A stretch of 64,000 nucleotides of DNA from Desulfatiglandales bacterium. GTDB lineage: Bacteria > Desulfobacterota > DSM-4660 > Desulfatiglandales > Desulfatiglandaceae. The DNA is taken from contig OY759599.1 in NCBI GenBank assembly GCA_963662465.1, positions 6,112,001 to 6,176,000 of the forward strand. The letters run 5' to 3'. The notes beneath the pieces are model-generated. The model searched no databases, had not been told where the DNA came from, and worked only from the letters and a program-made list of their open reading frames with translations. Positions 28,579-37,619 of the stretch are shown in pieces. Made by a program: the position numbers and the translations under genes. Each line of letters starts with the position of its first letter. Position 1 is the stretch's first letter.

Positions 28579-29571
28579 CTAACCGTTCAACACCGGGCAC
28601 CGACTCCAATGCCCTTTTCCCAGGTGCATGATTTCGGGAAGCGTGATCCCGCACCCCTTTACCGCATGGGAACACCTGGGATGAAAAGGACATCCTTCCG
28701 GCTTATAGGCGGGATTGGGTACGGCGCCTGGAATGGTATGAAGTCGCCGGTCCCGCTTGCTCCGGTTGGGAAGTGAGGCCAGCAACCCCCGGGTATAGGG
28801 GTGACCCGGGTTTCCGAAAACCTGGTCGACATTTCCCTGCTCCACGATCAATCCCGCATACATGACGTACACGCGATCCGCAATACTCGACACCACGCCG
28901 AGATCATGGGTGATATACAGGATGGACATGGATGCCCGTTCCTGAATGGATTTCATCAGGTTCAGAATCTGCGCCTGGACGGTGACATCCAGGGCCGTGG
29001 TGGGTTCGTCGGCAATGATGACATCCGGATTGCAGCTAAGGGCCATTGCAATCATGACCCTTTGCCGCTGTCCCCCGCTCAACTGGTGGGGATAATCCTT
29101 CAACCGTTGTTCCGGAGATGGGATCCCCATGTCCTTCAGCAGCTGAATGCATCTGTCGGAAAGTTCCTCCCGGCCAATCCTTTCATGGGTACGGATGGCT
29201 TCGCCGATCTGGTCGCCGATGGTAAAAACCGGATTCAGGGAAGTGAGTGGTTCCTGAAAAACCATAGCGATCTGGTTGCCCCGAATTTTCTGCATGGCGG
29301 CATCATCAAAGTGCAGGATGTCCTCACCTTTAAAAATAATGCGACCGCCTACAATCTTTCCGGGAGGACTGGGAACCAACCCCAACACGGACAGTGCAGA
29401 TACCGTCTTTCCACAGCCCGATTCCCCCACCAGGCAGACCGTCTCCCCGGCATGAATTTGGTAGCTCACCCCATCCACGGCCCGTGAGATTTTATCCCGG
29501 CCGTAAAAATAGATTTTCAGCGCTTCGATTGAAAGCAATGGGTTTTCAAGATTCATCAATTCAGATTCCAA
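28579..29571 (-). CDS. Peptide ABC transporter ATPase (OppD/DppD-like)
   Basis: [25 protein letters not shown]. Confidence 0.93.
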   Translation of the reverse strand: MESELMNLENPLLSIEALKIYFYGRDKISRAVDGVSYQIHAGETVCLVGESGCGKTVSALSVLGLVPSPPGKIVGGRIIFKGEDILHFDDAAMQKIRGNQIAMVFQEPLTSLNPVFTIGDQIGEAIRTHERIGREELSDRCIQLLKDMGIPSPEQRLKDYPHQLSGGQRQRVMIAMALSCNPDVIIADEPTTALDVTVQAQILNLMKSIQERASMSILYITHDLGVVSSIADRVYVMYAGLIVEQGNVDQVFGNPGHPYTRGLLASLPNRSKRDRRLHTIPGAVPNPAYKPEGCPFHPRCSHAVKGCGITLPEIMHLGKGHWSRCPVLNG

Positions 29572-29588
29572 AATTCAAAGTGGCGGCG

Positions 29589-30743
29589 CTATTCTTGTCG
29601 TAATTTCGGGTTCAAAGCATCCTTCAAGCCCTCACCGAAAAGGTTAAAACAAAGCACCACAATCAAAATCGCCACGCCCGGAACAAAGGTTAGCCAGGGG
29701 GCATCAAAGATGAAGCGCTTACCGTCGGAAAGGATATTTCCCCAGGTGGCATACGGGGGGGGGACGCCGAATCCCAGGAAACTCAGTCCCGCCTCGGTCA
29801 ATATGGCCGTGGCGATGCCGATGGTGGAGGACACCAGAACCGGGGCAATGGCGTTGGGCATCATGTGGCGAAAGATAATGCGAAAATTGCCCACCCCCAG
29901 GGCTCTGGCGGCACTGACAAAATCCTGTTCCCTGAGGGACAAAAACTCGGCCCGTACAAACCGGGTGGTTCCCATCCAGCTGGTTAAACCGATGACCATC
30001 ATGATATTGTAGATGCTGGCGGGCAGCAGGGCCACCACCGTGAGGATCAGGAAAAAGCTAGGGAAACAGAGCATGATGTCCACCAGCCGCATGATGAGGG
30101 TGTCAACGGAAAATGCATCGATTCGAAGAAAGGCTGGAACGAAAGTTCTATTTTTGAAGCGGGCTATCAGCGATAACATGATGCTGAAAATCCCTGCCGC
30201 AAACAGGCCGCCTCCGAACCTGGCCCACCCGACGAAAAAAAAGATGCCGCCCGCTGATAGAAGCAATACCGTCAGGAGTTGATCATAGCGAACTGCGCCC
30301 TGGCCGAAATAGCCCGCAAGTCCGCCCATGAAGATGCCTACGATTACGGCGATGCCCACGGCCACAAACCCCACCGTCAGGGAAACCCAGGCGCCTTGCA
30401 GCATCCTTGAAAACACATCCCGGCCCAGGTCATCAGTTCCCAAAAGGTAAATGCCGAAGGTGGGAACCTCATGGGCATGCAGGGTCTCAAGGTTGGGTCG
30501 GCTCAAGGGGGGGAGTAGTTTTTCCTGAAGCCGAACCAGGGCCGGATCAAACACCGGGTCCTGCCCGGAAGTCAAAACAACCCCTGCCACGGCGGTCATA
30601 AAGAAGCACAGGAAAATCACCAGTCCCACAATGGCCAACCGGTTTTGCTTGAACAATTGAAGACCTTCCGCAAATCTTCCGCGTTTCGGCGCCTGGGGCG
30701 CATCCAGCATTTCCATATTTCCCGTCATGGCGTCATGGGTCAT
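29589..30743 (-). CDS. Peptide ABC permease (OppC/DppC-like)
   Basis: LGTDDLGRD, FVSAARALG, EAGLSFLG, GEGLKDALNP. Confidence 0.92.
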   Translation of the reverse strand: MTHDAMTGNMEMLDAPQAPKRGRFAEGLQLFKQNRLAIVGLVIFLCFFMTAVAGVVLTSGQDPVFDPALVRLQEKLLPPLSRPNLETLHAHEVPTFGIYLLGTDDLGRDVFSRMLQGAWVSLTVGFVAVGIAVIVGIFMGGLAGYFGQGAVRYDQLLTVLLLSAGGIFFFVGWARFGGGLFAAGIFSIMLSLIARFKNRTFVPAFLRIDAFSVDTLIMRLVDIMLCFPSFFLILTVVALLPASIYNIMMVIGLTSWMGTTRFVRAEFLSLREQDFVSAARALGVGNFRIIFRHMMPNAIAPVLVSSTIGIATAILTEAGLSFLGFGVPPPYATWGNILSDGKRFIFDAPWLTFVPGVAILIVVLCFNLFGEGLKDALNPKLRQE

Positions 30744-30746
30744 GGG

Positions 30747-31706
30747 TTAAAGCCTTATCCTCGGGTCCACCACCAGGTAGAGGAGATCCGAAATAAAGGT
30801 TCCCACCAGAACCAGTACCGCCGACAGAAAATTAACGGTCAGAATGATGGGATAGTCCCTGGCCAGAATCGCCTCATAGGCCATTCTTCCCATGCCCGGC
30901 CAGGAAAAAATGGATTCGATAATGACGGATCCCCCGATGAGACCGGGCAGAATCAACCCAAACATGGTCACAAAGGGCAACAGCGCATTTCGAAGGGCAT
31001 GTTTATAGTGGACTTCGTCAGGCGGCAGCCCTTTGGCCCTGGCCGTCCGCACATAGTCCTGGCCTTCCACTTCAAGCATCTGGCTTCGCACATACCGTGA
31101 GAGGACCGCAATGCCGCCGGTGGCGCCCAGAAGGGAAGGTATCAGAAGATGCCAGATGCGATCCATGAATAGATTGGGCCAGGGCGCATTCCCCATGCCG
31201 AAGGTCTCCATGCCGATTACCGGCACATGAAAAACGGTGACCACCAGAATAATCAGGATATAGGCAAAAAAGAAACCGGGGATTGAAATGAGAAAATAGG
31301 AGAAAAACGTGGCGCCGCGGTCATAAAGCCCTCCTCTATGGATGGCGGATCGAATGCCCACCGGAAAAGAAAGGGTCCAGGTCAGAAGGGTCCCCACGAT
31401 AAACAGGGGAAGGCTGTTTAAAAACCGCTCCCAGATTTTGCTGAGTACCGACTGATTGTCTTTCCAGGAAACAATCCTTCCCGTAAAAAGATCCCGGTAA
31501 AAATAGATATACTGAACATATAAAGGCTCATCCAGATGAAATTCCTTCTGAAATCTTTCCACCATTTCCGGGGTGAATTTCGGATTCATGGGATCGATCT
31601 GGCTGGGTTCCCCCGGCGCCAGATGAATAATCAGAAATGACGCCACGGACACGAAAAAAAGCGTAATGATTTTTTGAACGATACTCCGTCCGACAAATGA
31701 AAACAT
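30747..31706 (-). CDS. Peptide ABC permease (OppB/DppB-like)
   Basis: DYVRTARAKG, HALRNA, ESIFSWPGMG, DPRIR. Confidence 0.93.
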   Translation of the reverse strand: MFSFVGRSIVQKIITLFFVSVASFLIIHLAPGEPSQIDPMNPKFTPEMVERFQKEFHLDEPLYVQYIYFYRDLFTGRIVSWKDNQSVLSKIWERFLNSLPLFIVGTLLTWTLSFPVGIRSAIHRGGLYDRGATFFSYFLISIPGFFFAYILIILVVTVFHVPVIGMETFGMGNAPWPNLFMDRIWHLLIPSLLGATGGIAVLSRYVRSQMLEVEGQDYVRTARAKGLPPDEVHYKHALRNALLPFVTMFGLILPGLIGGSVIIESIFSWPGMGRMAYEAILARDYPIILTVNFLSAVLVLVGTFISDLLYLVVDPRIRL

Positions 31707-31715
31707 GAGAAGCGT

Positions 31716-33854
31716 CTACCATCCTTCCGTGGACAACTGGGGCATATCCGGCACCTTGATCCATTTGTTGAAATGGAAGGTGTATGAACCCGTCTTAGTG
31801 GGTTTTATCTTCTTATAGAGCATGACCCCGTCCTCATCAAGATCCTTGATCACGACGCGTTTGTCTAGAACCGCCGTCCATTTGCCCACATAGAGGAACG
31901 TATAGGGTTGTTCCCAGGCGATGATTTTATGAAGCGCGTGGCAATAGGCCACCTGTTTTTCGTGATCATATTCCCCGCGGATTTTGACGATCAGGTCATC
32001 GGCTTTCTCGTTTTTGAACCCGACAAAATTCAGTTGATAGGGATGGGTCTGGCTGGAATGCCAGATCTGGTAAAGGTCCGGATCGATTCCCATGACCCAG
32101 CCCAGCACCAGTGCGTCAAAGTCTCGCTTGTCCACACGCTCCTGAATGAAGACCGACCATTCCAGTATGTCCGTCCGCACATCGATGCCGATCTGCTTCC
32201 AGGCATCCTGGGCGATGGCCAGAACGGCCTTTCGAATGTCATTGCCGCTATTGGTAATCAGGGTGAATTGGAGTCGTTTCCCATCCTTTTCCAGCCACCC
32301 ATCCCTGTTTCGCTTGTACCCGGCTTCCTGGAGCAATTTCAGGGCGCCTTGGGGATCGTAGGGCAGGGGCGCAATTGCGTGATCATAGTAGTCTGTCTGC
32401 TTCACAAAAGGACCGGTGATGTTCTCACCCTGACCATAAAGCACATAATCGATAATTTTGTTCACATCGATGGCCATGCCCAGAGCCCTTCGTACCCTCA
32501 CATCATCAAAGGGGGGCTTACGCATGTTATAGCCGATGTAAGAGTACCCAAAGGAAGTTCCTGAAAAACTCTGAAATCGCGGGTCCGCCTTCAGGCGTTT
32601 AACCTGGTGGGGTTGAACATTATAGGAATCAAGGGTTCCCGCATAGAATTCCATTTCCTGGGTCAGAAGATCGGGGATAATCCGCATCACATAGCGCTTA
32701 TAGTTGGGCGGCCCTTCCCAGTAATCCTTAAAGACGTTCATGGAAATAAACTGGTCCGATTTCCATTCATCAAAGACAAAAGGGCCGCATCCAACGGGGT
32801 GACGGTTGAAACCGCTTTGCCGTATGGAAAAGGTTTTGGGGTCTTTTTTAAGGGCTGAAGCTTCCTTTAAAAGGGCCTCTGAATTCAGTAGATGTTCGGG
32901 CAGAATACCCATGCCCCAGGTTCCAAACGCAGGAGAATAAAGTCTCTTGTAAACAATTCGGACCGTTAAGGGGGCCAGCGCCGCCACGGATTTGACCGGT
33001 TCGTAATCGGAAACCCGCGGCGACAGATTTTTGGGATTCATGATGGCCTCATAGGTGAATTGCACATCACCCGCGTCAAGCGCATGGCCGTCATGGAACT
33101 TTACGTGGGGCCGAAGGTGAAAAATCAGCACGGGATTATGTTCCATCGCCGGCAGGATATCCTTTGCCCAGGCCGACAGGGTTCTTTCGTCAACCGGAGA
33201 TTCGGGGGCCAGATATGGCGTTGCATTGAAGGCGGAAAAATAGTCCTCGCCAAGAACAATGGAAAGATTTTCAAACAGATCCTGATCCACTTCCGAAAGG
33301 ACCAGCTTGATGCGGGTGGGGGCACTGACCCGAATCGTAACGGAATTTGCCTTTTCGCCGTTCTTAGGTGTTTTCAGCTCTCTGCTCACCAGCGAATCTT
33401 CAGGCGGCAGGGGAATAATGGATTGAATCCGGTCCAGGCTTTCCTTTACTTTGGGTGGAAAGGCTGCGCTGTTTTGCTTCGCATCCGCCAGAATTTGGAC
33501 CAACATGGCGGCATCCGGAATGGATTTTCCCGAAATCTCAGCGGTTTTATTCACATAAAAATAGGCTTCCTCGAAAACTTCCCATGAACTGGCCAGTCGA
33601 CCCCTGAACCGGAGTTCATCGTCATAGTCGATCAAACCCTCGAACACCAGGGATTCGATCTGGCTGCTGGTGCTGTTGGCTGAGAGGATCGGATTCAGGA
33701 TGGTGGCGTCACCCAGAGATGCGGTGACATATTCATTCAGGCGGTTGGGGTTTCCCCTACTCTGTTCCTCATAGGTGGGAACCCACAGGTAGGACTGGAG
33801 CAGGAATAGAATAATAATGATTGGTATGATAATCAGAAAACGTTTGGTGATCAT
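31716..33854 (-). CDS. Family 5 substrate-binding protein, membrane-anchored
   Basis: VFEGL, FHLRPHVKFHDG, GCGPF, DVRVRRAL. Confidence 0.9.
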   Translation of the reverse strand: MITKRFLIIIPIIIILFLLQSYLWVPTYEEQSRGNPNRLNEYVTASLGDATILNPILSANSTSSQIESLVFEGLIDYDDELRFRGRLASSWEVFEEAYFYVNKTAEISGKSIPDAAMLVQILADAKQNSAAFPPKVKESLDRIQSIIPLPPEDSLVSRELKTPKNGEKANSVTIRVSAPTRIKLVLSEVDQDLFENLSIVLGEDYFSAFNATPYLAPESPVDERTLSAWAKDILPAMEHNPVLIFHLRPHVKFHDGHALDAGDVQFTYEAIMNPKNLSPRVSDYEPVKSVAALAPLTVRIVYKRLYSPAFGTWGMGILPEHLLNSEALLKEASALKKDPKTFSIRQSGFNRHPVGCGPFVFDEWKSDQFISMNVFKDYWEGPPNYKRYVMRIIPDLLTQEMEFYAGTLDSYNVQPHQVKRLKADPRFQSFSGTSFGYSYIGYNMRKPPFDDVRVRRALGMAIDVNKIIDYVLYGQGENITGPFVKQTDYYDHAIAPLPYDPQGALKLLQEAGYKRNRDGWLEKDGKRLQFTLITNSGNDIRKAVLAIAQDAWKQIGIDVRTDILEWSVFIQERVDKRDFDALVLGWVMGIDPDLYQIWHSSQTHPYQLNFVGFKNEKADDLIVKIRGEYDHEKQVAYCHALHKIIAWEQPYTFLYVGKWTAVLDKRVVIKDLDEDGVMLYKKIKPTKTGSYTFHFNKWIKVPDMPQLSTEGW

Positions 33855-33980
33855 AGAATATCAACAGGCATCACAAGGAAATAAAAAACCGCTAACATAT
33901 GGGTTTTACGCAAAATTAATTTTCAAAGCGGAGGATAGGAAATTGCGGGTTCCACGTCAAGGAAAAAGGATCAAGGGCCT

Positions 33981-34595
33981 TCAGGTCATTGTGGGTGATT
34001 CTTCCCCGGCGGGAAAACCGAATAACGCTGTCATCTTGATTTTCAACCCTTCGAGTACTGTTGATTCAACAAGATCTTCACCGGTACAAATAACGGCTTT
34101 GCCATACTTGTTTGCATCGCCCATTCTATAAACCATGACGGTCTTGTCCGTTGGGTGAACCAGCCAGTATTCCCTGATCCCATGGCGCTCGTAAAGATCA
34201 CGTTTTATTTTCATATCCTTCGCGGCGGTTGCGGGGGATAATATTTCAATGACAAGATCAGGTGCGCCTTTACATCCTCTTTCATCCAGCTTCGACCCAT
34301 CGCAAACCACCACAATATCCGGTTGCACCACGGTAAAGGTCTCCTTGTCCGAAGCTTCCGAATCTTCGGAGAGCCGCACATCAAATGGAGCGACATATGT
34401 TTCACAAGGCGTATCATCCAAAAAATCCGCAATGGGTCTCACAACCTTCAGGAGTATTTCCTGATGAAGTCTTGAAGGGGCCGGGCTCATATTATGGGCA
34501 ACCCCGTCTATCAGCTCCCATCTTCCCTCATCCACCCAATTTGAATAATTATCATAGCTGAACATTTCTTGCCGATCGTGTGCTAAGGTGGGCAT
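33981..34595 (-). CDS. Uma2/DUF820 family endonuclease-like protein
   Basis: ELIDG, QPDIVVVC, GAPDLVIEILSP, EYWLV. Confidence 0.9.
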   Translation of the reverse strand: MPTLAHDRQEMFSYDNYSNWVDEGRWELIDGVAHNMSPAPSRLHQEILLKVVRPIADFLDDTPCETYVAPFDVRLSEDSEASDKETFTVVQPDIVVVCDGSKLDERGCKGAPDLVIEILSPATAAKDMKIKRDLYERHGIREYWLVHPTDKTVMVYRMGDANKYGKAVICTGEDLVESTVLEGLKIKMTALFGFPAGEESPTMT

Positions 34596-34644
34596 GATTT
34601 TCCTCCTTATTGAAATGGTTTGACACTAGCAATTGGGGGACTCG

Positions 34645-36429
34645 TTAATCGACCTTTTCGAAGCAAATCCTTTCAAAACCGAGGGCCGTTACCACAAACT
34701 TTTTCAAACGCAGATTGCCATATTTATCATCGAGCTTTTTACCGTAAAGGACAACCTGCCGCCGCCCCTCTTCAAGCGCCTGTTTTATCTTCGGTATGCC
34801 GAACAAGTCGTCTTCCGGTAATTGTCCGGCCTCTTCCCCTGTGATCCCGGCCTCTTTTAGCGTTACAAACTTGAACTCGATCAGAACATCAAATATTTTA
34901 AAATGTCTTTTATCCGGTCTGATCATCATGGTTAGATCCGCATACCTGCGGTCGATCTCGGGTTCGGAATCCATTATGTACAAAATATCATTGTACAAAA
35001 GCGTTAAAAATGCAGTCTTTAACGTCAATTCATTGGCCCATCTGTAATCCCGATTTTTAAAAACCGTAAAATACCTGTTTTCCACAAAATCGCACAGGGG
35101 TTGAATATTGCCCTTCTGGTAAACCTGTTTTGCCGCAAATTCACCATTATCCCTGTCGCTCGGATCAGGTAACAGCATGCGTTGAACCCGCGTCACATAC
35201 AGGCTTTGTATCACCAAATTCGGAACTTTTAGAATTATTTCACCTTCGGGATTCTCACCTGCCAGCGTCAACACGCCAAAATAATAAAGGAATGAAATTA
35301 GAAAAGTATTGTCCTTTGACTTGTCGGCTAACATTTCTTTAACACCGAAACGTTTGCTGACCTTGGAGACTGCCACTTCATGTGCTTTTTGCATCAAATC
35401 TACAAGCAGGTCCTGACCTTTTGGTATTTGCGCAATGTATTCCAGCTTGGTTTCATCCGTTGCAAGATTATCATCGAGCATCTCTCTCGGATAGCGGCAT
35501 ATTTTTTGAAACTGCTCAAAAAAATAAAGGCATAATGTTGGGTTGTAAATATATTCGTCCAGACCAAACGCAAAAAGGTATCCATTATAGTATGTTTTCA
35601 TTAAATCAAGCGCTTCATCAGCTTTTTCCGTGCCAAAATCGCATTCATCCACAATTTGTTCAATGACGCCGCGTACCTCCTTTTCTCTGAAACCGCATAA
35701 ATCGTTAAATTCAGGTTCAAAATAGATATTTTTAGCGATATTATAACCGCTGGTAATATCGCTCATCACAACAGGCGAAACGCCTGTTATAAATACCCGA
35801 TCAAACATCGGGCCGGACGTGGAAGATTTGATGGCTTTGAACAGGGTCCTTAGAACGCCTTCATCATGAACCAGCGCATTATATCTGTCTTTTTCATTTT
35901 GCGTTCCCATCATGATGGTATTGGCAAAATTATCGTACTCATCTATGAGGAGATAGATGGGATAGGATGCGGTTCTAATTGAACTTAATAATGACTCTAT
36001 GGAATAGAGGGCATCGTCGTCTTTGATTTTTACCGGCGGTAAATCATATCCCGCAAAAACATAATACCGGATAAAACTTTCAATTCTTACATTTAGATGA
36101 TTATACAACGACCGTTTAAGATCCTCGACACTGCCGGTTGTATCGACACATGAAAAATCCCACCTTAAAACAAAATAGGAGTTCCGCGATTTTGTGGGAT
36201 TTTTGCCGATGGCAAATTTCCCGAACATCTCATCAAATTCATCCGCTTTTGCGACATCGTAATAATTTTCCAGCATGGAGAGAAGCAGGCTCTTCCCAAA
36301 CCGCCTGGGGCGTATGAAGAGTTGTGAATCCGATTCTTCCAACAATGGAATTTTATCGGTTCTATCACAATAGAAATACCCTTTTGTAACTATTTTCTTA
36401 AAATCAGATATGCCGTATGGAAATCTCAT
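34645..36429 (-). CDS. AAA-ATPase-like protein with C-terminal PD-(D/E)xK nuclease
   Basis: PYGISDF, RPRRFGKS, IDEYD, FITGV, YNGY, ADL..IEFK. Confidence 0.88.
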   Translation of the reverse strand: MRFPYGISDFKKIVTKGYFYCDRTDKIPLLEESDSQLFIRPRRFGKSLLLSMLENYYDVAKADEFDEMFGKFAIGKNPTKSRNSYFVLRWDFSCVDTTGSVEDLKRSLYNHLNVRIESFIRYYVFAGYDLPPVKIKDDDALYSIESLLSSIRTASYPIYLLIDEYDNFANTIMMGTQNEKDRYNALVHDEGVLRTLFKAIKSSTSGPMFDRVFITGVSPVVMSDITSGYNIAKNIYFEPEFNDLCGFREKEVRGVIEQIVDECDFGTEKADEALDLMKTYYNGYLFAFGLDEYIYNPTLCLYFFEQFQKICRYPREMLDDNLATDETKLEYIAQIPKGQDLLVDLMQKAHEVAVSKVSKRFGVKEMLADKSKDNTFLISFLYYFGVLTLAGENPEGEIILKVPNLVIQSLYVTRVQRMLLPDPSDRDNGEFAAKQVYQKGNIQPLCDFVENRYFTVFKNRDYRWANELTLKTAFLTLLYNDILYIMDSEPEIDRRYADLTMMIRPDKRHFKIFDVLIEFKFVTLKEAGITGEEAGQLPEDDLFGIPKIKQALEEGRRQVVLYGKKLDDKYGNLRLKKFVVTALGFERICFEKVD

Positions 36430-36710
36430 GATCACCTCCCTGCTAATGATTTCAGATTACAATGCTACCAAGCAGCACAAACTGAGGTCAATATTATTTT
36501 TACGGAAAATCACATGATTCTAAGCGGTGTCCGTCAAAAAAATCTTGCGGTTTGGAAAATAATATTATAGTTGAAGAAACTTGTCCTAAAATCAAAATTA
36601 GAATGCAATGATTGCAAACCTGATAGTAAAAAGAAACTGGGTTCATATTTATTAAATAAGAATCCAAGCTTCTATTTTGCCGACTTCAGCGAATCCAGGA
36701 GGTAACACAG

Positions 36711-37298
36711 ATGGCCGAGAATAAAAAAGTGAAAGATATTATGGCGCCCATTGAGGATTATGACAGGCTGAATATCGATGCTCAGCTTTGCGATGCCATG
36801 AGCATACTGAAAAGAAATTATGAGCGTCTAAAAACGGGTGATTCCAGCAATTTTCATAAAACCCTGCTGGTGGTGGATGGGGAAAACAAGATCGTTGGAA
36901 AGTTATCCATGTATGATCTGATCCGAGGTCTGGTTCCCGAACCGGCCAAGAAGCCGGAGGTCTCTAAAGCCTATAGTGCCATGCGTTCCGGTCGAGCGCG
37001 CGATGTGGCTGCTCAGGTGGGGGATATTCAGGAACATTTCAGCTGGTTAAAATCCAGCTTTGCGGAACTAATCAAGCAGGAGGCCCATAAAAACGTCAAG
37101 GACATTATGAGTCCCATTCAAAAATCCAGTTTAAAAGCTGAGGACAAGGTGACGGAAGGCATTTATACGCTTTTTAAGGATAATGTTCGGCAGCAGTTTG
37201 TTCAAAGCGAAGGAAAAATTGTAGGCGTCATTAATCTCAATGCCATTTTCCGTGAACTTCTGGAAGTGGCGAGTCCGGAATGCCATATCCACTGGTAA
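36711..37298 (+). CDS. CBS-domain protein
   Basis: Two VKDIM repeats and IVG motifs. Confidence 0.8.
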   Translation: MAENKKVKDIMAPIEDYDRLNIDAQLCDAMSILKRNYERLKTGDSSNFHKTLLVVDGENKIVGKLSMYDLIRGLVPEPAKKPEVSKAYSAMRSGRARDVAAQVGDIQEHFSWLKSSFAELIKQEAHKNVKDIMSPIQKSSLKAEDKVTEGIYTLFKDNVRQQFVQSEGKIVGVINLNAIFRELLEVASPECHIHW

Positions 37299-37524
37299 AG
37301 GGTTAAAATTGCCGGGGGGCCTTTGCGGGAAAAGCGATTCCCCCGGCCCCCTGAAACCCTTCCTTTTTCCAGTTCATGCTGAAGATAAATAAACCAAAAT
37401 CCCCTCTAACATCATTATTTTTGTCTTTTTGAAACTGATATTTCAACCTGTTGCCGCCATTTTTAATTTTTAAAAAATAAAAAAAAGCTTGACTTAAACT
37501 ATCAGTCATATTAGTTTCTCAAAA

Positions 37525-37544
37525 ATGAATGACAGTTCATTCAT
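37525..37544. promoter_or_regulatory. Palindromic operator, FadR(YsiA)-box-like
   Basis: ATGAATGA-CAGT-TCATTCAT downstream of TTGACT-N17-TAGTTT. Confidence 0.7.
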
Positions 37545-37619
37545 GTTTACCGAGACAGCTTTTTACGGGGAATCCGTTTAAAGCGCGACTTTCATGATCG
37601 AACACGCAAGGAGGTGTCT

